Positions 27,135 to 37,477 are shown, counted from the stretch's first letter. The stretch is DNA of 64,000 nucleotides from Myxococcota bacterium (GCA_965250285.1 OZ252299.1:1408001-1472000), one strand, 5' to 3'. The notes: a model not told the origin generated them from the sequence alone. Program-made: numbers and translations.

Positions 27135-28369
27135 AGCCCGAACACCGGCAGGGCGAGGAACCCCTGGATCACGAGCGCGTTGGCGAAGTCGATGAAGAAG
27201 GCGCCCATCAGGGGCACGACCAGGAACGCCTGGGGCGAGGGGCCGTGTCGCTGCGTCACGGCCTCGATGTTCGCGATCGCCGTCGGCGTCGCCCCCATGC
27301 CGAAGCCACAGTGTCCGCCGGCGATGACCGCGCCGTCGTACTTCTTGCCCATGAAGCGGAAGGTGACGAACGTGGCGAACGCCATCATGCCGATCGTCTG
27401 CGCCGCGAGCATGACGGCGAGGGGGCCGGCGAGACCGATCAGCTTCCAGAGCTGGATCGACATCAGGGCCATGGCGAGGAAGAGGCCGAGCGACAGAGAG
27501 CCGATCGCGTCGACGGTCTGGCGGTTCAACGCGAGCGCCGGTACGACCGAGCGGAGATTGCGGATCGCGACGCCGATCATCAGGCTCCAGACGAAGCTTG
27601 GCAGCGTGAACCGAGCGCCGGCGAAGGCCTCACCGAGCAGCTGGCCCCCGATCACGCAGACGAGCACCATGAAGAGGGCGCGGAGCAGCGTGGCGCCGGT
27701 CATCGGCGCGTCGAGCAGCGCGCTGCCGAGGTCGGGCGACGCCTGGCCGCCGGCGTCCGATTCGCGTTCGGCCGCGTCGTCGTCGGTCCCGGGGCCATGC
27801 AGCGCGTAGCGCGCGATCAGGCGACCGGCGACGGGCCCGCCGATCAGACCGCCGATCACGAGGCCGAAGGTCGCGCAGGCCATCGCGAGCTCCATGGCGC
27901 CCGCGATGTTCTGCACGTCGCTGAAGCGCTCGGCGTAAGCGGCGCCGGTGCCGTGCCCACCCGAGAGTGTGATCGATGAGCCCAGCAGGCCGACGAGGGG
28001 ATGCAGATCCATCCCCCGAGCCGCCAGCACACCGATGGTGTTCTGAACGACGAGGTAGGCGACGCAGATCGCGCCGAACACCGCGAGTTGCGGCCCCCCA
28101 TCGCGCAGCTGGCGCAGGTCGGCGCCGAGGCCGATCGTCGTGAAGAAGGCGAGCATCAGCGGCCCACGCAGTGCGTCGTCGAAGGCCAGCTCGACGCCCA
28201 TGCCCGCGTGCAGGGCGGTCCCGGCGAGAGCGAGGATGATGCCGCCCACCACGGGGATCGGGATGTCGTTCTCGCGCAAGACGCGCACGCGACGGATGAC
28301 GGCGCTGCCGACGAAGAGCACGGCGATCGCGAGTGCGAGGGTTTGCGTCGCATCGAAGCTGAACGTCAT
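27131..28369 (-). CDS. gltS: Sodium/glutamate symporter
   Basis: IPIPVVGG, FFTTIGL, GGHGTG, ATFGLVIGGLIGGP, GHCGFGMGATPTAIAN. Confidence 0.95.
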   Translation of the reverse strand: MTFSFDATQTLALAIAVLFVGSAVIRRVRVLRENDIPIPVVGGIILALAGTALHAGMGVELAFDDALRGPLMLAFFTTIGLGADLRQLRDGGPQLAVFGAICVAYLVVQNTIGVLAARGMDLHPLVGLLGSSITLSGGHGTGAAYAERFSDVQNIAGAMELAMACATFGLVIGGLIGGPVAGRLIARYALHGPGTDDDAAERESDAGGQASPDLGSALLDAPMTGATLLRALFMVLVCVIGGQLLGEAFAGARFTLPSFVWSLMIGVAIRNLRSVVPALALNRQTVDAIGSLSLGLFLAMALMSIQLWKLIGLAGPLAVMLAAQTIGMMAFATFVTFRFMGKKYDGAVIAGGHCGFGMGATPTAIANIEAVTQRHGPSPQAFLVVPLMGAFFIDFANALVIQGFLALPVFGL

Positions 28370-28557
28370 GGCGTCCCCCCGGATCGAGATCGGCGATGCC
28401 GAATCCCTACGCCTGCGATCGCGATCGCTGGAGCGTAGCGCGCATGGTCTGGGAGCGGCCGGTGTGTTTCGAGCGCTTCGACGGGGCTGCGCAGCGCCAG
28501 ACGATGTCGCATGGTTCTTTTCATCGACATCGAACTGGGCGAGGAGCGCAACACACC

Positions 28558-29685
28558 ATGAAAGCTTGGCTGAGCCACTCGATCGTTTCGCGACTGGGGG
28601 TCGGCCTCGCGCTGATGCTCTCGGTCTCGTGTGCGCAGCTCGGCCTTGGTGGGTCGTCCTCGTCCGAGACGCCCCAGGCCGAGGCGGCGCTCGCCCAGTC
28701 GGCCACCCCCGACACGACCCAGGCGACCGAAGTCGAAGACCTGGTCGCTCTGCAGGCCCTCGTCGACGCGGCCCATGCCCGGTTCGAGAGCGACGACGAA
28801 GGCCAGAACGCCGACTACATCCCGATCCTGGCCACGATCCCTTCCGATCTCTTCGCGGTCGTCATCGTGACCCGGGCGGGTACGGTGCTGCAAGCGGGCG
28901 ACGCCGAGTACCGATACTCGATCCAGTCGGTTGCGAAGCCCTTCACCGCCGCGCTCGTCATGCAGCAGCAGGGCGGTCCCGAGGCCGTGATCGAGAAGAT
29001 CGGCGTCGAGCCGACCGGGTTGCCCTTCAACTCCAAGCTCGCGCTCGAGCTCTACGACGCTCGGTCGGTGAACCCGATGGTGAACGCCGGGGCCATCGCT
29101 GCCGTGAGCCTCGTGAAGGCCGACAGCGAAGACGAGCGCTGGAACCTGGTGCTCGACAATCTCCGCGGTTTCGCCGCCGACGCCGAGCTGCCTCTCCTCG
29201 AGGAGGTGTACCAATCCGAGTACGAGACCTCGTGGAGCAACCGCGCCATCGCGAATCTGCTCTACAACTACGGTCGCCTCTACGCCCAGCCCGAAGAGGC
29301 GCTGCGCGTCTACACGAAGCAGAGCTCGGTGGGTGTGAATACGGTCGACCTGGGGTGGATGGGCGCGACGCTCGCCAACGAGGGCGTGAACCCGAAGTCG
29401 GGCCGGCGCATGCTCGATGCGTCGAGCGTGCCCGAGCTGCTGTCGATCATGCTCACGGCCGGTTTCTACGACGAGTCGGGCCTGTGGTCGGCGCAGACGG
29501 GCCTGCCGGCCAAGACGGGGGTCGGCGGCGGCGTGGTGGCCGTCGTGCCGGGCCGGCTGGCGATCGCCGCGTTCTCACCGCGGTTGAACGCGGCGGGCAA
29601 CAGCGTGCGGGCGCAACGCGCGATCCGGTACATCGCCGGCGAGCTCGGCGCCGGGGTCTTCGGGGCCAATGGCGACGAGTCGTGA
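28558..29685 (+). CDS. glsA: Glutaminase A with N-terminal (lipo)protein signal
   Basis: ADYIP.L, SIQSVAKPF, GVEPTGLPFN, NPMVNAGAI, GLPAKTGVGGG, SPRLNAAGNSVR. Confidence 0.93.
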   Translation: MKAWLSHSIVSRLGVGLALMLSVSCAQLGLGGSSSSETPQAEAALAQSATPDTTQATEVEDLVALQALVDAAHARFESDDEGQNADYIPILATIPSDLFAVVIVTRAGTVLQAGDAEYRYSIQSVAKPFTAALVMQQQGGPEAVIEKIGVEPTGLPFNSKLALELYDARSVNPMVNAGAIAAVSLVKADSEDERWNLVLDNLRGFAADAELPLLEEVYQSEYETSWSNRAIANLLYNYGRLYAQPEEALRVYTKQSSVGVNTVDLGWMGATLANEGVNPKSGRRMLDASSVPELLSIMLTAGFYDESGLWSAQTGLPAKTGVGGGVVAVVPGRLAIAAFSPRLNAAGNSVRAQRAIRYIAGELGAGVFGANGDES

Positions 29686-29728
29686 GCAGCGGCGGGTCGT
29701 GCGAGTGGCCTCGGGTTCGGGGGGGACG

Positions 29729-31174
29729 ATGATCAAGTGCGGGACGCGGAGGATCGCCGCTTTACTGCTCGTGGGCGGTCTCATGATTGCCGGGCCGCTC
29801 GACGCCGCGGCTCAGCGCGAGGACGATGTCGTCGATGCGCCCATCGACGCACCCAACGACGCACCCAACGAAGCCGCGAGCGATGGGCCCGCTGCAGTCG
29901 GTTCGGACGAGACCGTCGGCTGTGACGGCGACGACTGCGACGTGCCTTCGCCGCTCGACCAGGCCGAAGCCGAGCTGCGCGAGGAATACGCCGTTCGCCG
30001 CGTGCGGGTCGAGTATCGCAACTCGATGAACGATCGGCAGGGCCCCGCCGCGCGTCCGGCCGACTACGTGCTCGATCCGGCCTTTCGAGGCTTCATCGAG
30101 ATCCCGAGTACCGTGATGCTGATGAAGATCAATCTGCGGCCGCGGGTCGACATGATGTCGAAGTCGGCGGCCACGGGCACGCCGTTCCGCTTCGTGCCCT
30201 CGCAGTTTCGGGTCGAGGGCGACACCGGCTTCTCGGATGCGTGGCGGTTCAATGGCAGCGCCAACGGCAGCCAGGTTCGGATCGATTTTCGGGCGCCGTC
30301 GCTGCCGGGCAACTTCAGACTCTTCTACCAGAACGACTTCTTCGGCGACGACCAGAAGCAGATGCGCTACCGGCTGCAGCACCTCTATGCGCAGTATCGC
30401 GGACTCGTGGGGGGCTTCACGTTCGGCCTCTTCGAAAACCCCGACGCGTGGCCCGATACCGTCGACTACGAAGGCCCCAACTCGGTGATCTTCGCGCGAC
30501 GTGCGCTCGTCCACTACCTGTGGGAGCTGCGTGATGGGCTCGAGCTGACCTTCGGCATCGAAGATCCGAATCTCGCGATCGACACGAGCGGCGACCCGAA
30601 CGCATCCGCACGGGCACGTTCGCCCGATGGCGGCCTCAATCTGCGCTGGACGTACGGCGACCTGGGGCACACCGAGACAGCGGCCATCTTTCGTTCGGTC
30701 GGCGTCGATGGCGACGTCAACCCGAGCCAGGACGAATTCGGGTGGGGCGTGAATGTCTCGGGTGTGCTGCATCCCGTCGAGCGCGCGACGATGCAGTACT
30801 GGTTCGTGTACGGCGACGGCATCGGCAGCATGGGCAACGACACGAGCTTCCTGGGCTCAGACGCCGCCTTCCGGGCGAATGGGCAGCTCGAGACGCTCGA
30901 GTACTGGAGCGCGATGGGTGCGGTCACCTACCACTGGACGAAGCGCTGGCGTTCCACGATCAGCTACGGCTATGTGAACCTCGAGAACACCAGCGGCCAG
31001 GCGCCGAACGCGTTTCACGAGAGTCACTACGCCACGGCCAATGTGATCCGCCGCATCTTTCGCCGTCTGACGGTCGGCGTCGAAGGAATGTACGGTCGCA
31101 AAGAGGTGCGCGACGGACGGTCGGCGAACGTCTTCGGCGTTCAGGCCAGCGTGATGTACGGCATCTTCGACTGA
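29729..31174 (+). CDS. DcaP-family outer-membrane porin
   Basis: Signal peptide; 'F.GFI.IP.T', 'ANGSQVRIDFR', 'YQNDFFG...YRLQHLY', PDTVDYEGPN; aromatic C-terminus. Confidence 0.8.
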   Translation: MIKCGTRRIAALLLVGGLMIAGPLDAAAQREDDVVDAPIDAPNDAPNEAASDGPAAVGSDETVGCDGDDCDVPSPLDQAEAELREEYAVRRVRVEYRNSMNDRQGPAARPADYVLDPAFRGFIEIPSTVMLMKINLRPRVDMMSKSAATGTPFRFVPSQFRVEGDTGFSDAWRFNGSANGSQVRIDFRAPSLPGNFRLFYQNDFFGDDQKQMRYRLQHLYAQYRGLVGGFTFGLFENPDAWPDTVDYEGPNSVIFARRALVHYLWELRDGLELTFGIEDPNLAIDTSGDPNASARARSPDGGLNLRWTYGDLGHTETAAIFRSVGVDGDVNPSQDEFGWGVNVSGVLHPVERATMQYWFVYGDGIGSMGNDTSFLGSDAAFRANGQLETLEYWSAMGAVTYHWTKRWRSTISYGYVNLENTSGQAPNAFHESHYATANVIRRIFRRLTVGVEGMYGRKEVRDGRSANVFGVQASVMYGIFD

Positions 31175-31195
31175 CGGCGCCGCGCGCGGCCGTTC

Positions 31196-33013
31196 TCAGT
31201 CGACACCGAACGCCTGCATCTCGACCATGCGACGATAGGGCCCCTCTTCGTGGGTCATGAGGTCGGCGTGCGTGCCCGACTCGACGATGCGTCCCGCGTC
31301 GAAGACGAGGATTCGGTCGACGCGTCGGATCGTCGACAGGCGATGCGCGATGATCACGGCCGTGCGCCCCTCGAGCAGCTTCGCGAGGGCGTCCTGGATC
31401 AGCTGCTCGGTCAGCGAATCGAGGCTCGAGGTCGCCTCGTCGAGCACGAGGATCGGCGCATCGGCGAGCAGCGCGCGCGCGATCGCGACGCGCTGCCGCT
31501 CCCCGCCCGAGAGCCTGATGCCGCGCTCCCCGACGAGGGTGTCGTAGCCCTGAGCGAGTCGGTCGATGAACGCGTGCGCGTGGGCCTTGGTGGCCGCGTC
31601 GATGATCTCGTCGAGGGTCGCGCCCGGCCGCGCGTAGCCGATGTTCTCGGCGAGCGATCGATGGAAGAGGATCGGCTCCTGGGGGACCACCGAGATCGCC
31701 TGGCGCAAGCTCGATTGATTGACCGACGTCACGTCCTGGCCATCGATCACGACACGCCCCCCGTCGACGTCGTAGAGGCGCTGCAGCAGCTTGACGAACG
31801 TGCTCTTGCCCGATCCCGACTCACCGACGAGCGCGATTCGCTCACCCGGCGCGATGTCGACGTCGAGGCCCTGGAAGATTGCATCGGGCTGGTTTCGGTA
31901 GCCGAAGTCGACCCGCTCGAAGCGGACGTGACCGGCGCCGGGGCGGAAGGCTCGGGCGCCGGCCGCATCCGAGACCTGCTCGGGTGTCTGCATGATCTCG
32001 ACCAGATCATCGAGCTCGTTGATGGCGCGCTGCGCATTCCGCAGCTGCCAGCCCACGTTGCGCAGCAGGCCGTGCACCATCAGGTAGGTCGCGATCACGT
32101 AGACGGCCCCTTCGACCTGCGCACGAAACCCGGTGGCGCGGGTGAGGACGAGGGCCAGCAGCCCGCCGAGGAGCGCGAGCAGTAGCACCGACTGGACCGC
32201 GCCCGCGTTCATGCTGCGCAGCCAAGAGCGCCGCGCGCGCAGGCGCCAGCGCTGGCTCACTTCGGCAAAGCGCGCGTCCTCGCGGTCTTCGGCCCCGAAA
32301 GACTTGACCACGCCATTGCAGGTGATGGCGTCGGCGAGGGCGCCGCCCACCGCGGTGTCGGCATCGTTCGAAACCTGATTCGCGGGGGCGACGTAGGTGA
32401 AAGACAGCCACGCGCTGATCGTCACGAAGGCGCCCACCGACGTTCCGAAGTAGATGCCGAGTGCGGGGTCGCGGAGCGACATGGCGACGGTGAAGCCGGC
32501 GAGCAGCGCGAGGGTGGGCCCGAGGTCGACGACCATGGTGTCGGCGAGCGTGTCGTACGCCCAGACGCCGCGTGTGATCTTGCGCTGGGTCGAGCCGGCG
32601 AAGCGATTCGTGTGCCAGTCGAGGCTGAAGCGCTGGACCTGTCGGAAGCCGTCGCCGAGCATGTTCCGCATCACCTGCGACGCGAGGTACATCCAGTTGC
32701 GCAGGTAGAGCTGCTTGACGACCGACACGACGGCGAAGAGGCCGAGCAGCCAGAGCGCCGCGCGCCAGGCGGCGTCGATGGGGGCCTGGTCGAGCAGATG
32801 CGCCTCGACGGCCGTCACGAGCTCGGCCGAGAGCCGCGGCACCTGGACCTCGAGGAGGACACCCGTGGCGACACCGACGGCCATGCCGGCACAGCGCCAG
32901 GGCACGGTCGCCCAGTAGCGACCGACGAAGCCCAACACGGAGGCAACCGACGTGCGGTCGGCGCGCTCCTCGTCGGACTGGGCGGCGAGAGACACCTCGG
33001 CGGACTCGCTCAT
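31196..33013 (-). CDS. ABC exporter, fused permease/ATPase
   Basis: TM domain plus GESGSGKST, LSGGERQR, LVLDEATS, IAHRLST. Confidence 0.95.
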   Translation of the reverse strand: MSESAEVSLAAQSDEERADRTSVASVLGFVGRYWATVPWRCAGMAVGVATGVLLEVQVPRLSAELVTAVEAHLLDQAPIDAAWRAALWLLGLFAVVSVVKQLYLRNWMYLASQVMRNMLGDGFRQVQRFSLDWHTNRFAGSTQRKITRGVWAYDTLADTMVVDLGPTLALLAGFTVAMSLRDPALGIYFGTSVGAFVTISAWLSFTYVAPANQVSNDADTAVGGALADAITCNGVVKSFGAEDREDARFAEVSQRWRLRARRSWLRSMNAGAVQSVLLLALLGGLLALVLTRATGFRAQVEGAVYVIATYLMVHGLLRNVGWQLRNAQRAINELDDLVEIMQTPEQVSDAAGARAFRPGAGHVRFERVDFGYRNQPDAIFQGLDVDIAPGERIALVGESGSGKSTFVKLLQRLYDVDGGRVVIDGQDVTSVNQSSLRQAISVVPQEPILFHRSLAENIGYARPGATLDEIIDAATKAHAHAFIDRLAQGYDTLVGERGIRLSGGERQRVAIARALLADAPILVLDEATSSLDSLTEQLIQDALAKLLEGRTAVIIAHRLSTIRRVDRILVFDAGRIVESGTHADLMTHEEGPYRRMVEMQAFGVD

Positions 33014-33265
33014 GTCGAGACCTCGGTGGGGCGCGCAGGGGATCGGTCCCAGGGGGCTCCGAGGGGCGCAGGACCGGAGTCTGCGGCTTCGGTCCACGTG
33101 CTGCAATGAAGCGACGCGTCATCGCCGCGATCCGCGCGACGCTGCAGCCAGGGCGGCAGACGCGGCGCGTCTGCGGCACGCTCCGCGCTCTCCCGCGCGC
33201 GCGGGCAGGACCTCACGACGACGGCTTCGGGGCCTCGCGACGGCTTCGGGCAAGGAGCGCAGCAC

Positions 33266-33988
33266 ATGGGCAAGCTCGACGGCAAGGTGGCGGTAGTGAC
33301 GGGCGGCGGCAGCGGGATCGGCAAGGCGATCACCCAGGCGTTCGCCGATGAGGGCGCGAAGGTGGTGATCGCGGCTCGCAACCTCGAGCGGCTCGAGTCG
33401 GCGGCCAAGGAGATCGGCCCGGCGGTGCATCCCGTGCAGTGCGACGTGAAGGAGGAGTCGCAGATCGAGGCGCTCTTCGACCGTGTCGATGCCGACCACG
33501 GGCCGGTCGACATCCTCGTGAACAACTCGGGTCTGGCTGCGCCGGGCCCCACCCACGAGCTCGAGGTCGAGCGTTGGAACGAGGTCATCTCGGTCAACCT
33601 GACCGGCGTCTTCCTGTGCTCGAAGCACGCGCTGCAGCGCATGATTCCGCGACAGTCGGGACGCATCCTGAACATCGGCAGCATCTCGGGGCAGAAGTCG
33701 CGCCCGCACGCGGCCGCCTACACCACGAGCAAGTTCGGCCTCGACGGCCTCACACGCTCGATGGCGCTCGACGCGCGCGAGCACGGGATCGCCGTGAGCG
33801 CCCTGCATCCCGGCAACGTCGATACCGACATCTGGCAAGGCATGCGGCAGGTGGCCGAGGCCGAAGGGCTCATCCCGCTCGAAGACATGGGCCGCGCGGC
33901 GCTCGCGATCGTCACGATGGACGATGCCGTGAACGTGCTGTCGACGATCATCCTGCCCGTGACCCAGCCCTACCTCGGTCGGGGCTAG
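33266..33988 (+). CDS. SDR oxidoreductase
   Basis: TGGGSGIG, NNSG, YTTSK. Confidence 0.95.
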   Translation: MGKLDGKVAVVTGGGSGIGKAITQAFADEGAKVVIAARNLERLESAAKEIGPAVHPVQCDVKEESQIEALFDRVDADHGPVDILVNNSGLAAPGPTHELEVERWNEVISVNLTGVFLCSKHALQRMIPRQSGRILNIGSISGQKSRPHAAAYTTSKFGLDGLTRSMALDAREHGIAVSALHPGNVDTDIWQGMRQVAEAEGLIPLEDMGRAALAIVTMDDAVNVLSTIILPVTQPYLGRG

Positions 33989-34076
33989 GCCGACGGTCCA
34001 CGGGGCTCCATCGCCGGCACGGCCAACTGGATGGGTCCACCGGGCTTCACATCGCCGGAGAAGCCCGATCGGGGCG

Positions 34077-34841
34077 TCAGGCGGGCTCCATCGCCGGCAC
34101 CGCCTGGCCGACGAGGCTGTCGTCTCGGATCACGTCGAGCACGACCTTCGCGATGTCGGAGGGCTGAAGCAGCCCGCTGGCGTCGATGACGGGCTGGAGC
34201 CAGTCGGCGATCTCGCCGCCACCCGCTTCGTACATCATCGGCGTGTCGGTGAGGCCGGGGCAGACGCAGTTGACGCGTACGCCGTGGCTCTCGGCCAGGG
34301 GCACGCACGATGCGGCGAAGTGGATCACGCCGGCCTTGGTCGCCGCGTAGACGGCCTGGTGCGGCACCGGCATCTGGCCCGCGCCGGACGAGGTCGCCAC
34401 CACGACGCCGCCTCCATCGCGCTGCAGCAGGTCGAGCGCGAGCCGCGTCCCGATCACGACGCCGCCGAGATTGACGGCGACGATCGCGGCGGCGCGCTCG
34501 GGTGCGACGTCGGGCCAGCCGGCCTCGGCCTCGCCCATGCCCGCGTTCGCGTGGAGCACGTCGAGGCGGCCGAAGCGCGCCTCGATCGCCTCGAGGCAGC
34601 GCCGGGTATCGTCGACCGACGACGCGTCGGCTTCGAGGGGCAGGGCTTGCGCGCCCGCCTTCTCGACGCGTCCGACCGTGTCGGCGAGGGCGTCGCCGCG
34701 CACGTCCGACACCGCCACCCCGGCGGCGCCGGCTTCGGCGAGGGTGACCGCGGTCGCCTGACCGATGCCGCTCGCGGCGCCCGTGACCCATGCGATCTTG
34801 CCTGCGATCTCCACGGCGATCCTCCTTGGAGCGTCAAGCAT
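34077..34841 (-). CDS. SDR oxidoreductase (start may be GTG ~34814)
   Basis: TGAASGIG, ANAG, YAATK. Confidence 0.93.
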   Translation of the reverse strand: MLDAPRRIAVEIAGKIAWVTGAASGIGQATAVTLAEAGAAGVAVSDVRGDALADTVGRVEKAGAQALPLEADASSVDDTRRCLEAIEARFGRLDVLHANAGMGEAEAGWPDVAPERAAAIVAVNLGGVVIGTRLALDLLQRDGGGVVVATSSGAGQMPVPHQAVYAATKAGVIHFAASCVPLAESHGVRVNCVCPGLTDTPMMYEAGGGEIADWLQPVIDASGLLQPSDIAKVVLDVIRDDSLVGQAVPAMEPA

Positions 34842-34931
34842 AGGCGGAGGGACGGCGCTCGCGAAACGGCCCGGTCGCAGTCACGTCGACGGATCGCTGC
34901 CGAATCGACGGGTCGCTGCTAGGTTCGCCTC

Positions 34932-36077
34932 ATGCCCGGGGCGCGCCGCCGTCGATTCGATACGCCCGACGAACAATCGTCCGAGATCATCGACGCGCTG
35001 CTCGCGCGCTCGGCCGAAGTCGACGGCCTCGATCTCGAATCCCCGGCGGCCGAACAGATTCGACAGATGATCGTCACTGCGCTGCGCCTGGCCGGGGATC
35101 AGACGCCCGACGGCGACGTGCGCCTGCTGAATGCGTCGCTCAAGGAGCTGCGGCATGCGCTGCGCGTGTTCGCTCCGTATGAGCATCGCCGCAAGGTCGC
35201 CGTGTTCGGCAGCGCGCGGACCGCGCCCGAGCATCCGGCGTACCGGCAGGCCGTCGCCTTTTCGGAGCGCATCACCCGGGCCGGGTGGATGGTGATCACC
35301 GGCGCCGGCGACGGGATCATGGGCGCGGCGCAGGAGGGGGCCGGGCGCGACGACTCGTTCGGTCTGAACATCCGGCTGCCCTTCGAGCAGCAGGCGAACG
35401 AGACGATCCGCGGCGACGAGAAGCTCATCAACTTCCGCTACTTCTTCACGCGCAAGGTCATGTTCGTCAAGCCGTCTCATGCGATCGCGTTGATGCCCGG
35501 CGGCTTCGGGACCCACGACGAGGGGTTCGAGACCCTCACGCTCATCCAGACGGGCAAGGCCGAGATCGTGCCCGTCGTCTGTCTCGACGAGCCGGGCGGC
35601 AGCTACTGGCGCGACTGGGAGCAGTACGTCGTCGAGCACCTCGCAGCCCGGCATCTGATCTCCGAAGACGATCTCGCGCTCTTCGATGTCACCGACGATG
35701 TCGACGACGCCGTGCACACGGTGATGAACTTCTACAGCAACTATCACTCGAGCCGATTCGTGCGCGACCGCATCCTGATGCGGGTCTGGCAGGCCCCCGA
35801 CGAGGCGCAGCTCGCCGAGCTGAACGACCGCTTCGCCGACGTCGTGAAGGAAGGATCGATCGAGGTCATCGAGGCCGCGCCGCCCGAACGACACGAGGTG
35901 CCGGGGCTCCCGCGCCTGTCGTTCTGCTTCGACCGACGCAAGGTCGGTCGGCTGCGGCAGCTCATCGACTTCGCGAACTCGTGGGTATCCGTCGCGGCGT
36001 CGTCGCCCGAGGAGGCATGCGCGCACGAACTCGTCCCGGGCGAGGTGCCCGAGGATTTCGACGACGTCATCTGGTAG
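34932..36077 (+). CDS. LOG family (TIGR00730-like) nucleotide phosphoribohydrolase, long form
   Basis: VFGSAR, ITGAG.GIM, FRYFFTRK, PGGFGTHDE. Confidence 0.9.
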   Translation: MPGARRRRFDTPDEQSSEIIDALLARSAEVDGLDLESPAAEQIRQMIVTALRLAGDQTPDGDVRLLNASLKELRHALRVFAPYEHRRKVAVFGSARTAPEHPAYRQAVAFSERITRAGWMVITGAGDGIMGAAQEGAGRDDSFGLNIRLPFEQQANETIRGDEKLINFRYFFTRKVMFVKPSHAIALMPGGFGTHDEGFETLTLIQTGKAEIVPVVCLDEPGGSYWRDWEQYVVEHLAARHLISEDDLALFDVTDDVDDAVHTVMNFYSNYHSSRFVRDRILMRVWQAPDEAQLAELNDRFADVVKEGSIEVIEAAPPERHEVPGLPRLSFCFDRRKVGRLRQLIDFANSWVSVAASSPEEACAHELVPGEVPEDFDDVIW

Positions 36078-36223
36078 CTCAGGTGGTCGCTCAGGCGCTG
36101 GCCGCCGCTGGCCGATGAGCCCAGGGCCTGTCCAGATCTCCGGGGCAGGCGCGACCCGTCCGTCGACGCGGTAATCTGGCCAGCCGAGCGCCGTCGGATC
36201 CGCGCCTGAGAGGAGTGCAGCCC

Positions 36224-37477
36224 ATGTCGTCCAAGCCGCTCACCACCGGCTACGAACTCGTCCACCCCGACTACTACGCCGAGCATGGCCCGCCCTACGC
36301 GCACTGGGATCGCCTGCGCGCTGAGTCGCCGGTGCACTATTGCGAAGTCGAGAACGTCGAGCCCTTCTACGCGATCACGCGTCAGGAGGAGATCAAGACC
36401 ATCTCGAAGACGCCCGAGCTCTTCCTCTCGGAGCCCGGCATCACCCTGCTGCCCACCGACCGTGAGATCGACCGCGACTCGGGCATCGGCGCGATGAAGG
36501 TCGTCATCAACACCGACCCGCCCGAGCACCGGGATCTACGCAAGGTGGCGAGCCCCTGGTTCACGCCGCGAGCCCTGCAGAGCATGGAGGCGGCAATCGA
36601 GGAGAGCGCCAAGCAGCTGGTCGACGATCTCGCGAAGGACGGCAGTGAGCAAGAGACCGACCTCGCGATGGGGATCGCCGTCAGCCATCCGCTGCGCGTG
36701 CTGTGTCGTGCGATCGGTGTTCCGGTCGAGCAGGAGCGCGACATCCTCGAGCTCTCGAATCGACTCTTCGCGCCCGACGACGAAGAACTCGGCGGCGGCA
36801 AGAACACCAGCGAAGACTTCGCCGAGCTCGGCCAGCGCTTCATGGAGCTCTTTCTGCCGATCGTGCAGGATCGCCGCGCGAACCCGACCGGCGACCTGGC
36901 GAGCATCATCGCGAACGCGCAGATCCATGGCGAAGCGATGGGGCCGATGGAGACACTCGGCTACTACCTGATCGTCTTCAATGCGGGGCACGACACGACC
37001 AAGAACTCGCTCGGCGGCGGCTTCTGGCAGCTCATCGAGAACCCGGCCGAGTTCGCGAAGATCCAGGCCGACCCCTCGAAGGTGCCCGACGCCGTCGAAG
37101 AGATGATCCGGTGGGCGTCACCCGTGAACTACATGAAGCGGACCGTCGCCGAGGACACCGAGGTCGCCGGCCAGCGCCTGAAGAAGGACGACGTGCTCGT
37201 CATGTTCTATGCGTCCGCCAACCGGGACGAGGCGGTGTTCGAGAACCCGTACACGTTCGACGTAAGCCGGCGCCCGAACCGCCACATCGCCTTCGGCTAC
37301 GGCGAGCACTTCTGCATGGGCGCGCACTTCGCGCGGCGCAGCATGGCGGCCATCGTGAATCAGCTGGCCCGGCGCGTCGAGCATTGGGAGATGGTCGGCG
37401 AGCCCGACTGGATCCGAGCGAGCTTCGTCGTGGGCTTGAAGCACTGCCCGGTGCGCTACCGGATCCGCCCCGAGTAG
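36224..37477 (+). CDS. Cytochrome P450
   Basis: AGHDTT I-helix, EEMIR, FGYGEHFCMG heme ligand. Confidence 0.97.
   Translation: MSSKPLTTGYELVHPDYYAEHGPPYAHWDRLRAESPVHYCEVENVEPFYAITRQEEIKTISKTPELFLSEPGITLLPTDREIDRDSGIGAMKVVINTDPPEHRDLRKVASPWFTPRALQSMEAAIEESAKQLVDDLAKDGSEQETDLAMGIAVSHPLRVLCRAIGVPVEQERDILELSNRLFAPDDEELGGGKNTSEDFAELGQRFMELFLPIVQDRRANPTGDLASIIANAQIHGEAMGPMETLGYYLIVFNAGHDTTKNSLGGGFWQLIENPAEFAKIQADPSKVPDAVEEMIRWASPVNYMKRTVAEDTEVAGQRLKKDDVLVMFYASANRDEAVFENPYTFDVSRRPNRHIAFGYGEHFCMGAHFARRSMAAIVNQLARRVEHWEMVGEPDWIRASFVVGLKHCPVRYRIRPE

Noticed and set aside
24708..27809. 1033-aa + strand ORF and similar long ORFs (45318-48167 +, 59031-61244 -, 57183-58817 -, 14390-16060 +)
   Set aside because: Antisense or alternate-frame shadows of well-supported genes; expected in high-GC DNA and lacking any motif
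29834..29869. 12-bp repeats (DAPI-DAPN-DAPN) in the porin N-terminus
   Set aside because: Ordinary low-complexity linker
33995..34100. Possible mini-CRISPR array
   Set aside because: Repeats short and degenerate, spacers ~24 bp, one copy is coding, no cas genes in window
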